DNA of 58,378 nt from a virus (taxonomy: Duplodnaviria; Caudoviricetes). The stretch is taken from the IMG/VR virus record IMGVR_UViG_3300032249_000138, positions 1 to 58,378 of that record. One strand, written 5' to 3'. A program made the position numbers and the translations under genes. Below, in pieces: positions 10,082 through 20,054 of this stretch; the stretch's first letter is position 1, and each line of letters starts with the position of its first letter. Under the pieces are notes generated by a model. That model was not told the origin of the DNA and searched no databases. It saw only the letters and a list, made by a program, of their open reading frames with translations.

Positions 10082-11572
10082 TTAGCCCAATGCGATAGCT
10101 AATGCCACTGCAGTGCCAGCTGGATCAAAGTCAGTTGTATCTGCTACAGCAGCAGAGCCTAAACCTAAACTGGTTCTTGCTGTTGCTCCAGACTCAGCTA
10201 CAAAGTTAGTTCCATTGCCTACAATAAAGTTATTGTCGGATGGTGTTAGTCCTGCAATGTCAGCTAACTGTGCATCATAAGCCTGTATGTCAGTACCGAC
10301 AGTAAGACCTAAAGAAGTCTTCAAGGTAGCACCAGACTCCACTACGAAGTTAGTACCATTGCCGATGATAACACCATTATCTGTAGGTGTCAATCCGGCA
10401 ACATCAGCTAACTGGGCATCATAGGCTTGTACATCGGTACCAATAGCTAAACCTAGGAAGGAACGAGCAGAGGATCCACCTGCACCTAGAGTAGTTAAGT
10501 CAGCATCATAAGCCTGTACATCGGTACCGATTGCTAGACCTAAACTTGTTCTAGCTGTAGCTCCTGTTTCAACTACAAAGTTACTGCCGTTACCAATAAC
10601 GATACCATTGTCAGTAGGAGTTAAACCAGCGATGTCAGCTAACTGTGCGTCATAGGCTTGTACGTCTGTGCCGATAGCTAAGCCTAAAGAAGTCCTAGCT
10701 GTAGCACCTGACTCAGTTACAAAGGTAGTTCCGTTACCTACAATGATTGCATTGTCTGTTGGGGTAAGACCAGATAGGGCAGCAAGTTCAGCATCATAAG
10801 CCTGTACGTTGGTGCCAATCACTAAACCTAAAGTTGTACGTGCTGTAGCTGCATCTGCATCATCTATTAAGCTACGACCAAAGGAAGTGAGGTCTGCTAC
10901 AGAAGCAGTACCTGAGCCAGTAAAGTAGGGGAGTTTATCTGCTGCAGAAGTTACACCTGCTAAAGCTGCAAGCTCAGCATCATAGGCTTGTACGTTAGTT
11001 CCAATTACTAGACCGAGGGTACTTCTTGCTGTAGCTGCATCTGCATCATCTACCAGTGTCCTACCAAATGCAGTGAAGTCTGCTACTGCTGCTGTGCCTG
11101 AGCCAGTGAAGTAGGGCACCTTATTAGCTGCTGATGTGAGTCCTGCAATGGCAGTTAAGTCAGCATCAAGGGGTTGCTTATTATCTAGCTGAGTTTGAAT
11201 AGCAGAGGTAACACCATCAACAAAGTTTAACTCTGTGGCTGTTGGAGTTACCAGAGTACCATTTAAATCTAAGGCATCAATGTATGCAGTGCCATCAATG
11301 TAGGCATCTTTATACTGGAATGTAGCAGAACCTAAGTCTACTGTATTAGTAGTCTTAGGAATAACCCCACCACTTGTTACTACGATATCTTGTGTAGGAC
11401 CAACCTTAGTAATTGGTGCACCTTCAGAATTACTGCCATCATGTGTATGCCCTGAAGCTTCATCAAATGCAGCAGCAAGAGCATCAAACTCTAAATCTAA
11501 ATCCGATGCATTGATAATATTACCGTCAGCAATATTGTTAACGGTATCAGCACGATTATAACCTGTAGACAT
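10082..11572 (-). CDS. Tail fibre with tandem repeats
   Basis: Multiple repeats of LGLxIGTxVQAYDAxLA. N-terminal GHTHDG..EGAPI motif and C-terminal AVALAIALG. Confidence 0.8.
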   Translation of the reverse strand: MSTGYNRADTVNNIADGNIINASDLDLEFDALAAAFDEASGHTHDGSNSEGAPITKVGPTQDIVVTSGGVIPKTTNTVDLGSATFQYKDAYIDGTAYIDALDLNGTLVTPTATELNFVDGVTSAIQTQLDNKQPLDADLTAIAGLTSAANKVPYFTGSGTAAVADFTAFGRTLVDDADAATARSTLGLVIGTNVQAYDAELAALAGVTSAADKLPYFTGSGTASVADLTSFGRSLIDDADAATARTTLGLVIGTNVQAYDAELAALSGLTPTDNAIIVGNGTTFVTESGATARTSLGLAIGTDVQAYDAQLADIAGLTPTDNGIVIGNGSNFVVETGATARTSLGLAIGTDVQAYDADLTTLGAGGSSARSFLGLAIGTDVQAYDAQLADVAGLTPTDNGVIIGNGTNFVVESGATLKTSLGLTVGTDIQAYDAQLADIAGLTPSDNNFIVGNGTNFVAESGATARTSLGLGSAAVADTTDFDPAGTAVALAIALG

Positions 11573-11581
11573 ATCTTTACC

Positions 11582-13561
11582 TTATCGTCTGTCGAATGTT
11601 GCGTATTCTAAAGTTGCAGCATCAAGTGAAAATGCAGGATCAGTACTCTCTGAAACAAACTGAAGTGACACAGTAAAACCAGATCCTACAACCTGTGTTT
11701 GAAATAGTTTCTTTAACTTAGTTCCGTATCTAGCGGATCCGTATGTAGCTGTTGGTGATCCATAAAAACCTACAGCACCCGTGTCATTTGATAATGTTAT
11801 GGTATCTGGTTGTATCACACCTTCATCATCAAAGTCAAGCTTTAAGTTAGCAGATGTGGTAACACTACCTGTTGGATCTGTGTATAAGAACATTTTATAA
11901 AAGGTCTTACGTAGTCTAGGATCCGTCATAGGTACAAATGGAGTAGAGAAGGTAGCTATAATATTAGCCCCATCAAAGCTACTTCCCGATTCCATCTTAT
12001 ATACATAGCCATCTGTCTGAGCAAAGACTATAGTCTCAAGGCGAGAGAAGTAATCACTGTCTGCTACAAAGGCTTTAATACCTCGCATCTCAGCCCAAGA
12101 GATTTCACCTGTCTCATTCCCTACAGTCTGTGTACCTAAAATACCTATGGCATTCTGGGTAGTAACAGCAGCACTAAATCCAAACAAACGATACTGTGAC
12201 TTCTCTCTAATAACAACACTACAGAAGGAAGAAGATGAAGCAATGAAGCTAGTCATCTCACTCTGGATAGACTTTGATACTACTGCTAAACTAAAGTCAC
12301 CGAACTTATCAGTACCAGTCAATAGTCTTAGACCGTCAGGACCCAAGAACATAATGTCTGAACCAATCTCTTGGATGGTGTCAGTATCAATACATCCAAT
12401 GTTTAATGTGATAGGTTGTAACTGAAAGTCAGCAATCGTATTACCTACTAACCTTGATATCTTTTGCTGACTAAAAATAATCAACTGCTCACGGAATACA
12501 ATCAAACCAGTAATTGCACTACCAATATTAATACTACCAGCACCATTGGCTGCACTAAAGTCATCATCACTAAAAGGTGCAGTGAAAGTTAGTATGTCAC
12601 CTTTAGCAAAGAACATTTGATTCTTAAACCAGCAAATGTGTTCTGCAGCTAGTACTTCACTTGGTGCTTCATTCAATGCTCTGAAAGTAGTATTGTCGTA
12701 GAGGAATGGGGCATTGACACTATCAACACCAGCAACCTTCTCCGTAGTACCAATACGATACTTCTCAAATCTGTTCTTTGAACTGCCTGTTCTATTAGCA
12801 GTTAAGAAAGTAACAACAGCATTGTCTGCTGGACTAGATGCTAGATTTGGACTGATACTTAAAGTAGCACCACCTGCTGTGACAGTTGCATCTGCTAGTA
12901 CTGTGTATACTAGATTTACTCCAGCTATTGTAAATGTATCACCCTCTTGTGGGGCAGAGGTAAGACCATCAACAATTAAACTAGCACCTGTTTGTGATCC
13001 ACCGTTAACGAGTACAGTACCATAGCTAGGTATATTAATCTGAGTCCAACCAAAGCTAGAACTTTTAAATACAGAATTATTACGTACTGCAAGAACATTA
13101 CTACGCCATGCAGCTAATCCAATAATTGTTCCCGTGTTACTTGTTACAGTAATTACTGCAGCATTTGCTGGGCTGGATGCAAGACTAGTTGTAAGTGTTA
13201 ATGTTGCACGTTTAAAAGTAGAGTTGTACGAAACACCACCTGATGCTATAGTATATGTTCCTGCTACACCTGCAATAGTAAATGTAGTTCCTTCTGCAGG
13301 TGAGGTATATAAATTTGCTACTATTAAAGTTGTTCCTGTTTGACCACTACCATGAACTCGGATACTGGCATACGAAGGAACAACAGCAGTATCATACTTT
13401 TCAAACCCTTCAATCCTACGATAACCACCCTCAACAGACGGTTCAAAGTTACGTAGTACCCTAGCACTACCCGGCAAAGATATACCATGCTGTAGTGGGG
13501 ACAAGTTTGTTACTAGACCACCCCTAAACTCAAACGGGTATGTCTGCCATTTATCTGCCAT
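11582..13561 (-). CDS. Putative tail tubular/nozzle protein (T7 gp12 / P22 gp10-like)
   Basis: 659 aa, beta-propeller-like, with LRNFEPSVEGGYRRIEG motif. Follows the adaptor gene. Confidence 0.65.
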   Translation of the reverse strand: MADKWQTYPFEFRGGLVTNLSPLQHGISLPGSARVLRNFEPSVEGGYRRIEGFEKYDTAVVPSYASIRVHGSGQTGTTLIVANLYTSPAEGTTFTIAGVAGTYTIASGGVSYNSTFKRATLTLTTSLASSPANAAVITVTSNTGTIIGLAAWRSNVLAVRNNSVFKSSSFGWTQINIPSYGTVLVNGGSQTGASLIVDGLTSAPQEGDTFTIAGVNLVYTVLADATVTAGGATLSISPNLASSPADNAVVTFLTANRTGSSKNRFEKYRIGTTEKVAGVDSVNAPFLYDNTTFRALNEAPSEVLAAEHICWFKNQMFFAKGDILTFTAPFSDDDFSAANGAGSINIGSAITGLIVFREQLIIFSQQKISRLVGNTIADFQLQPITLNIGCIDTDTIQEIGSDIMFLGPDGLRLLTGTDKFGDFSLAVVSKSIQSEMTSFIASSSSFCSVVIREKSQYRLFGFSAAVTTQNAIGILGTQTVGNETGEISWAEMRGIKAFVADSDYFSRLETIVFAQTDGYVYKMESGSSFDGANIIATFSTPFVPMTDPRLRKTFYKMFLYTDPTGSVTTSANLKLDFDDEGVIQPDTITLSNDTGAVGFYGSPTATYGSARYGTKLKKLFQTQVVGSGFTVSLQFVSESTDPAFSLDAATLEYATFDRR

Positions 13562-14283
13562 TAGGAAACCCTAGAGCCAGCAATAGTACGTTTGTTATTT
13601 GCTAGTGCAGTTCCTCTTACGTAGTCATACCGATTGATCAGTATGATACGCATATGCTTAATGCCCTCGTCAAACTTAGCTTTAGCGATAGCTGCTGCTT
13701 GTTCGTTACTACGGAACATATAAGCATAGTACATAGCACCTTCGTCAATGATGTGACGGTACATCTCAGGAATGATAGGTGTATCTGTAGCATTCTCTAG
13801 AGGAGTAGTACTAGCGTAGTATTCGTACACTAAAGTAAAAGCTTCTTTAGGTGAAGGCACAACCCCGTATTCACGATCAGGAGTTTGGAATACATATTGG
13901 GGGATGCTACGAACACTAGTGTCAGATGTGTACTCTTGATCAGCAAACTTCTCTAAGTACTCTTCATAAGCAATAATACGAAGTTTAACTGTATCGTTAT
14001 TAAATGTAGAACTCTTCTTAATGCGGAAAGTATCGAAGTCAATAGTTTTCGCATTAGCAGGATAAGCATAGCGAGTAGTACCCGCAACGAGTGGAGTTTC
14101 TTGTGTAACATGATTCCAGTGCCATTGAAACTGCAACTGGTTGATATCTTGTATTGCTGAATTTACTGCATCTTTAGCATGTGAATAGAATCCTTTAGCA
14201 CTAGCAAAGTTAGCACTTGTCAACTCTACTTCATTAAGACGTTTGTTAACGTCATTAACTAAACCTAAGAAGTTATAAGCCAC
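13561..14283 (-). CDS. Putative head-tail adaptor / tail tubular protein A
   Basis: 240 aa with LVNDVNKRLNEVEL N-terminus and D.PIIPEMYRHII motif. Lies after the capsid genes. Confidence 0.7.
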   Translation of the reverse strand: MAYNFLGLVNDVNKRLNEVELTSANFASAKGFYSHAKDAVNSAIQDINQLQFQWHWNHVTQETPLVAGTTRYAYPANAKTIDFDTFRIKKSSTFNNDTVKLRIIAYEEYLEKFADQEYTSDTSVRSIPQYVFQTPDREYGVVPSPKEAFTLVYEYYASTTPLENATDTPIIPEMYRHIIDEGAMYYAYMFRSNEQAAAIAKAKFDEGIKHMRIILINRYDYVRGTALANNKRTIAGSRVS

Positions 14284-14300
14284 GCTATTGCCTTTATTCT

Positions 14301-14333
14301 AAAGAAAGAAAGATGGGGGCTTTTGACCCCCAC
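14301..14333 (-). terminator. Rho-independent terminator after the capsid genes
   Basis: Minus strand reads GTGGGGGTC-AAAA-GCCCCCAT followed by CTTTCTTTCTTT. Confidence 0.75.
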
Positions 14334-14351
14334 CCCACTACATTAGCCAGA

Positions 14352-14840
14352 TTAGGCTAATTGATCACGATCAACTTCATCAGCCAAGATACGACCATCT
14401 ACATTCATGAGCACAGCCCAAACACGGGCTACACCAGAAGTAGGAGCGGTTGTAGCTGTAGCAATCGTAATGTCGATTGTGTCAGCAGTTGCACCAACTA
14501 CGAGAGGCTGAAATGCAGCGGCATTTTGTGCATAAGCACCAGCAGCAGCAGCATCAGCATCGAAGCCGTCAACAAAGTTATCAGCATCAACGCCAGTGCC
14601 TAAGTCAAATGTGGTATCGCTTGACTCACCACCTAAAACTGTGGTGATTTCAATACCAGCATTTAAAATGACTGTGTTAACGGGTACAGAGATAGCTTCA
14701 ATAACATCGCTTGCAGCAAGGGCAGAACCCTTTGCAGTAGCAGCTGCAGCGAAGTCAACGAGTTTATCTACTAAGTAAGGTACAGAACCAGCGGTACGAC
14801 CTGCTGATGCTCCACCTGCGAGAGTGGTAATAGTTGCCAT
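14352..14840 (-). CDS. Putative capsid decoration / minor capsid protein
   Basis: 162 aa, A/T/D-rich, immediately after the MCP and before the terminator. Strong GGAGA RBS. Confidence 0.65.
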   Translation of the reverse strand: MATITTLAGGASAGRTAGSVPYLVDKLVDFAAAATAKGSALAASDVIEAISVPVNTVILNAGIEITTVLGGESSDTTFDLGTGVDADNFVDGFDADAAAAGAYAQNAAAFQPLVVGATADTIDITIATATTAPTSGVARVWAVLMNVDGRILADEVDRDQLA

Positions 14841-14857
14841 TTATGTTTCTCCTTTAA

Positions 14858-15928
14858 TTAAGCTGCGTTGTACTTGGCGGTAACAATAGCCTCTGGACGG
14901 AGGATCTTGCGACCATAGAGATGCATACCACGAACAATGTCAGCGAAGCTGTCAGGATCACGATAGCTCTCTGTCTTGGTGATTTGCTGAGCGGAAGCAA
15001 CAGCTGCGTCATGACCAGCAACGATAACACCAAAGTTAGATGACTGTGCAGATGCGCCGGTTGTGCCGGGACCTGTACCAATCTTTGGTAGGTTGTTGGA
15101 AACATAAACACGGAAGCCATGGAGATTATTTAAAATCAAACCATTTTGCAATCCAGAGCCACCAAAGTCACCGTTCAATAAACGGCTGTCTTCGTCTTTC
15201 AACATCTCAACAAACACTGGGTCAACAACTAACCAACGACCATTTGTGTCTACGAACTGTTGATCAAGTAAACGACCCATACGAGCGAGTACTGTTAGTG
15301 GTGATACAAGAGTTGCTGATACTGCAGTCTGACCGGGGAAACGTGGGGACAAAGGAATCGAGTCGCCTGTAGAACCAGCAGATGTCAAGTTACCAAAGTT
15401 AGGACGGCTTAACTGCATAGCAGATAACAACTCGTTAGAACCAGCAGAGCTTACAGCCTTGGTGCCGGGGAAAGTTGTACGTGCTGTGTCAGGTGAACTG
15501 TGCTTAGCTGATTGGCTAAAACCAGACAAGTAACCTAATACGTCTTGGTCATACTGGTCACGCAAACGATAAGCTGCACGATCAGAAGCCATGCTCATGA
15601 AGTTAACGTGGCTATGTGCTGCTTCGATATCGTCAATCTTGAATGCGAAGTAGTTAGCTTGGTCAACAACAAGAGTGAAGTCTTCGTCATCGAGGTCTTG
15701 TGCTGTGATCTGTGTGCCACGAGCATAAGCCTGAACTGAAACTTCTGGCTCTTTGATGATCTTAACAGAGTCACCCATGTTAGCGATTTCACCGAAGTAA
15801 TCGCTGTTAGTGATAGCTTCAACAGTAGAAGCTTTACGGAATGCAAGTTGTACTTGCTTGGAATAGATTACTGGGCTAAAATTACCATTAGGTAAATTGC
15901 CGTAACCTGATGCTGATGGAAATGCCAT
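14858..15928 (-). CDS. Major capsid protein
   Basis: NLPNGNFSPVIYSK, YFGEIANMGDSVKIIKEP and RDPDSFADIVRGMHLYGRKILRPEA motifs. Downstream of the scaffold gene. Confidence 0.92.
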   Translation of the reverse strand: MAFPSASGYGNLPNGNFSPVIYSKQVQLAFRKASTVEAITNSDYFGEIANMGDSVKIIKEPEVSVQAYARGTQITAQDLDDEDFTLVVDQANYFAFKIDDIEAAHSHVNFMSMASDRAAYRLRDQYDQDVLGYLSGFSQSAKHSSPDTARTTFPGTKAVSSAGSNELLSAMQLSRPNFGNLTSAGSTGDSIPLSPRFPGQTAVSATLVSPLTVLARMGRLLDQQFVDTNGRWLVVDPVFVEMLKDEDSRLLNGDFGGSGLQNGLILNNLHGFRVYVSNNLPKIGTGPGTTGASAQSSNFGVIVAGHDAAVASAQQITKTESYRDPDSFADIVRGMHLYGRKILRPEAIVTAKYNAA

Positions 15929-16204
15929 TTTAGATTTCTCCTAAATTGAATGAATGTATTGCTACAAAATACGCTTACATATATTCATGGAGCCTCGTCT
16001 ATTAGGTGCATATAACTTAGAGTTCTAGATCCGCTAAGGTATATGGGCTAACGCTGTAGGGTAGTCCGTTGAAATACAATGCTGCGTTATACAGATACTA
16101 CTAAGGTTTTTGCCTGACTTAGATGGTTGGCTTAGCTAAAGCGGCATCATTAGGCGATTTAAGAAGGGTAAGTAAGCCGAAGCTTACCTATCCCTTTGTA
16201 CTAC
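15929..16204 (-). promoter_or_regulatory. Long structured 5' leader of the major capsid gene
   Basis: About 275 nt non-coding. Contains a cUUCGg hairpin (~16164-16196) and stem-loops at 16122-16148 and 15989-16067. Confidence 0.6.
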
Positions 16205-16233
16205 AGTTATAAACTTATTTCTAAGTTTGTCAA
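16205..16233 (-). promoter_or_regulatory. Promoter for the capsid operon
   Basis: TTGACA-N16-TATAACT on the minus strand, just after the scaffold stop. Confidence 0.7.
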
Positions 16234-16236
16234 GCT

Positions 16237-17109
16237 TTATCGTGCTGAACCCGACTTATCATAGATAAACTTACCAGATTGAATAGCAGCTACAATAGCC
16301 TCTTGGTTTCTTTCGTATTCTGATGTAGACATACGCTCTACTTCTGACTCACGGAAAGTACCCTGTTCAGATGAAGCATCAAAGCCCGTTTTACGAGAAG
16401 AGCCTACAGCTGAAGCTGCTGCCTTATCATCCGACTTACGGGTACGCTTAGAGGCAGTAATACCCTTATCTGCCTTATACAAATCAATAGCACGAGCAGC
16501 AGATACTGCATCATTCTCATTCTCGTACAGAGCACTTTGGACCCACTTAGGCTGTACTTCTACCCAGTCATGGAACTCGTCTTGCTCACGGATCTGATCA
16601 AAGTCGGGATGTAAGCGGAGTAAGTCTGCCTCAGCTTTCTCCTTAGCAGTCTGTGCTTCACGCCGATCTAAGGCTTTGAATCGCTCCTCTAGTACAGCAC
16701 TTTGTTCCTTTGCTTTCTTCAGGGCTATAGTTTCTACAATCTTAGCTACCTCGGGGAACTCCCGTGACCACTGCTCTAGCTCTTCTTCAGACTTGGGCAG
16801 CTTAATCTGCTGACTAGCTGTCTGTTCTAGGGAAGCCTTTAAATCTTCAATTTGTTTCTGCATCTCAACTTGTTGCTTTTGAGTATGCCTACGTAGATCA
16901 CCGTAACGCTTCTTAAAGCTTTTCTCTTCTGCACTTAACCCCTCGTCACTTCCAGTGTCCTCATCTTCAGGATTTTTAGGAGGTGCTGAGTTAGCTTCAG
17001 CCAGCGTCTTAAGTTCTTCTTCTTCTTGTTTAATTCGGGCTTCATTGGCATTACGTGTTGCAAAGCCAGCCATGACTTTCTTAGGTGTTTCTACTTGTGT
17101 GAGTTCCAT
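16237..17109 (-). CDS. Capsid scaffolding protein
   Basis: Acidic coiled coil with EEKSFKKRYGDLRRH and LHPDFDQIR..FHDW motifs. Directly upstream of the MCP. Confidence 0.8.
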   Translation of the reverse strand: MELTQVETPKKVMAGFATRNANEARIKQEEEELKTLAEANSAPPKNPEDEDTGSDEGLSAEEKSFKKRYGDLRRHTQKQQVEMQKQIEDLKASLEQTASQQIKLPKSEEELEQWSREFPEVAKIVETIALKKAKEQSAVLEERFKALDRREAQTAKEKAEADLLRLHPDFDQIREQDEFHDWVEVQPKWVQSALYENENDAVSAARAIDLYKADKGITASKRTRKSDDKAAASAVGSSRKTGFDASSEQGTFRESEVERMSTSEYERNQEAIVAAIQSGKFIYDKSGSAR

Positions 17110-17183
17110 CTTTTCCTCTTTTGTTGGGGCTAACAGTTGCCAGTGTTTAACTGGGGTATTAGGTAGCCATGAATAAGGGGTAG

Positions 17184-18425
17184 TTATTTTGTCCTAACTG
17201 CCAGCCCCTTTCTGGTAGTTACTTTCTTTTCTACGTCTGGCTTACGTTTTGCCAGTAGTGGTTTCTTACTGTATTTTACCATGTTTGTACTTATTAGTCC
17301 ACCCTCAGCTGCACCAATAGTCTCTACTGGTTCGTAGCCTGAGGGGATAGGCTGTTGAGGTTTGTCATCTTTGAAAGAGATTAAAGTACTCTGTCCTTCT
17401 GCGTTAGCGTACTTACGTAGTTCAAACTTATCGGGTTGAACCTGAGTTAGATTTAAACTGGTATCGGCTGCATCGTCAAACATCTCAGTGCCCAGAGTCT
17501 TTCCTCGTCTACGGAAAGTGAGGAACGCCATTGGATCTTCAGGAGTACTACTGCCATAAATATCATTTAGAATAGTGCCACTAATAACGTCTTTGGCTAA
17601 CTTCTTGCCGGACTTTTCTAATGCATTATCCGTAATCGGAGGTGGAGTATAAATTTCTCCCGGCTGATATGAACCTGCAATGTTTTGAGCTACTGCCTTT
17701 TCTCCAATGCCTTGATTCGTCAGAGTAGAAATGTCTTTGGCTACGAAAGGATCCATACCCTCTTGAGTTAATACCTTTGCCATGTATTCATCACTAACTC
17801 CACCGGGCTGTGCACGTAAGCTTTCTGCCTGTGCAGCAGCAAAGTCTGCGTCTGCCTGAACAGGGGGAGGTGCAGATTGTCCATAACCCATTTCACTGCG
17901 AAAGGCATCGTAGCCCTCATTTACACCATACCCAACACCACCCGCAACACTACCAACCACAGTGCCTCGTAAGACGGCTTCACCAATATCTTCTCCTCGA
18001 GCAATAGCTGTAGCACCAGAAGTCCCAGCACCTACTACTGCGCCAGTAGCTACTGCCGATGCAGCTGCACTTCCAGTAGCACCAAGAACACCTTCCGATA
18101 CCCCCGGAGCAGCAGCACTAGCTGCATAAGACACCGCAAACGACAAAGCTATATCTTCTAATTTACCACCTTTAATGGCAGTATTGGCTGCAGTAATATA
18201 AGGTATGTATGTTAAGGATGCACCGCCCGTTACTGGAGCTAGTGCAATAGCACCTATAGTGGCTACTGTGCCTATGTCTACTTGTTGCAATACCTCTTTA
18301 TCAAAACTTGCAAAAGCATCACCTACTGACTCTGCTGTATCCTCTACAAAATCGCCTATTGAAGATACTGTATTTTCTGCGAACTTCGCAACATCAGATA
18401 CAATTGGAATATTACTGCCGCTCAT
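17184..18425 (-). CDS. Putative virion protein with G/A-rich hydrophobic segment
   Basis: 413 aa. Membrane-insertion-like A/G-rich region and a C-terminal AAEGGLI motif. Confidence 0.6.
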   Translation of the reverse strand: MSGSNIPIVSDVAKFAENTVSSIGDFVEDTAESVGDAFASFDKEVLQQVDIGTVATIGAIALAPVTGGASLTYIPYITAANTAIKGGKLEDIALSFAVSYAASAAAPGVSEGVLGATGSAAASAVATGAVVGAGTSGATAIARGEDIGEAVLRGTVVGSVAGGVGYGVNEGYDAFRSEMGYGQSAPPPVQADADFAAAQAESLRAQPGGVSDEYMAKVLTQEGMDPFVAKDISTLTNQGIGEKAVAQNIAGSYQPGEIYTPPPITDNALEKSGKKLAKDVISGTILNDIYGSSTPEDPMAFLTFRRRGKTLGTEMFDDAADTSLNLTQVQPDKFELRKYANAEGQSTLISFKDDKPQQPIPSGYEPVETIGAAEGGLISTNMVKYSKKPLLAKRKPDVEKKVTTRKGLAVRTK

Positions 18426-19828
18426 TTGCCTATCTCCATAGTCAATTTGAACATGCCGTTATCTTCTTGCACAGACATGGGATACTGCAATTTCTTTAGC
18501 ATACTTAACAGGTTAGGATTTTTAGTAGTAGTCTGAATACGTGTAGTGCCTACATTTTGTAATGTCTGTATCCCTGCTTTAATAGAGTCTTGTAACTTCT
18601 TTGGATCATCCTTAGTAAACAGATGCACTTCCATTGTTGACTCGTCTACTGGCATACCAACAAAGATAGTGTCGGAGAATCTAACGATTGCAGCTTCCTT
18701 CTTAGCAGCACGGGCAGATAATGAACGTAAGAATACTTCTGGCTTTCCTTTGTATCCTTCCATAGCTAAACTATCAACAACAATTTTAGAAGGAGTCAGA
18801 CCCTCAGTAGGAGGATGTAACAGTGTCTGATCTAGGTTTATCTTCCTGTTCTGCAGACTCTTTGCCGTGTCTTGAATCGTAGCCATCTGCTCTGGTGTTA
18901 GAGTAGGCGGTCCTTCAGTGGCAGGTGCTGCAGTAGGAATAGCTTCAGGTGTCTGCTGCATAGCAGCTGTAGGAGCTTGTTCTACAGGAGCTTGCTCCAT
19001 AGGCATTACATCCCCGCCTACTGCCATCTTCCTTTCTTCACCTTCACCTTCCATCTCACCCATGATCTCATCGATCTGGGATTCAAATGCACCATCATCT
19101 TCTTCCGTAGCTTCGTCAGCATTAGACATCTGCCCCATGGCTTCCATCTTGCCAAGACCTTCCTTAGCTGCTTGACGCATCATCATTAAACGCTCAAGAC
19201 CAATGAAGCGTACTACGTCAGCTGGGAATACAAACTCGCCTTCACTTAACTGTGCAGGGATATCATCTCTTACTTCTTCTTGCATTGCACCTGTAGGTAC
19301 ATCATTCCCGCTGACGGGATCAACTGTACCACCCTCCTGCATCATGCCGCCTTCTTTTAGCATTCGTTGTGTTTGTGATATCACTTGTCCACCTTTAGCC
19401 ATTCCTGCTTGTTCTTTAGTTACCCCAGCCTCGTCAGGATTCTTACCCGTCTTACGCATGTACTCTTCTTTCCATGCAGTTGGGTGATCTTTTGATTTCA
19501 GCATTTCCCCTGTCTTTGGATCAGAAGAACCCCAGTGATACTTGTTGTTATCGTAGGGATCTCGCTCTGGTCTTACTCCTGCTTTCCATGCTTTTCGATA
19601 GTCATACTCAGTAGTATTTAAATCAGGTGCTTCTCCATACTCTTTAACATATTCTTTGTACCAGCCAGTCTTCTTAATTTCTTTTTGAAACTCAGCTTCT
19701 TCTTTGCTAATCACATCACCACCTGCCTGAAAAGTAGGCATCTTAATTACTGGGGTAGTAGACTGCTGATGTCCAATAGGTTCAGAGCTATCCAGTGTTA
19801 CTTGCTGTGGTTCTATCTTATTCAACAT
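18422..19828 (-). CDS. Multidomain virion-associated protein with DDIPAQLSEGEFV domain
   Basis: VDPVSGNDVP..EEVRDDIPAQLSEGEFVFPADVVRFIG core and five xxxGG motifs separating domains. Confidence 0.65.
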   Translation of the reverse strand: MLNKIEPQQVTLDSSEPIGHQQSTTPVIKMPTFQAGGDVISKEEAEFQKEIKKTGWYKEYVKEYGEAPDLNTTEYDYRKAWKAGVRPERDPYDNNKYHWGSSDPKTGEMLKSKDHPTAWKEEYMRKTGKNPDEAGVTKEQAGMAKGGQVISQTQRMLKEGGMMQEGGTVDPVSGNDVPTGAMQEEVRDDIPAQLSEGEFVFPADVVRFIGLERLMMMRQAAKEGLGKMEAMGQMSNADEATEEDDGAFESQIDEIMGEMEGEGEERKMAVGGDVMPMEQAPVEQAPTAAMQQTPEAIPTAAPATEGPPTLTPEQMATIQDTAKSLQNRKINLDQTLLHPPTEGLTPSKIVVDSLAMEGYKGKPEVFLRSLSARAAKKEAAIVRFSDTIFVGMPVDESTMEVHLFTKDDPKKLQDSIKAGIQTLQNVGTTRIQTTTKNPNLLSMLKKLQYPMSVQEDNGMFKLTMEIGK

Positions 19829-20048
19829 TGACTTGATCCCTTAAGTACTTTAATTTTCTAAGAGCATGAATGGCACCCTGAGCTTGATACATCTCAATGG
19901 GATCTACCGACTGCTCTAGCTTTGTACGTTGCATTTCAATCTCATAATCAATAGCTTCGATAAAACCTTGCCACTGATTGTTATTAGATACAAAACCTTT
20001 TAACTTAGATAAAAAGGCTTTAGCTGGTTGAGTGTCTGTTTGTGCCAT
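19818..20048 (-). CDS. Small conserved protein downstream of the portal
   Basis: 76 aa with MYQAQGAIHALRKLKYLRDQV motif. Confidence 0.7.
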   Translation of the reverse strand: MAQTDTQPAKAFLSKLKGFVSNNNQWQGFIEAIDYEIEMQRTKLEQSVDPIEMYQAQGAIHALRKLKYLRDQVNVE

Positions 20049-20054
20049 GGGTTA

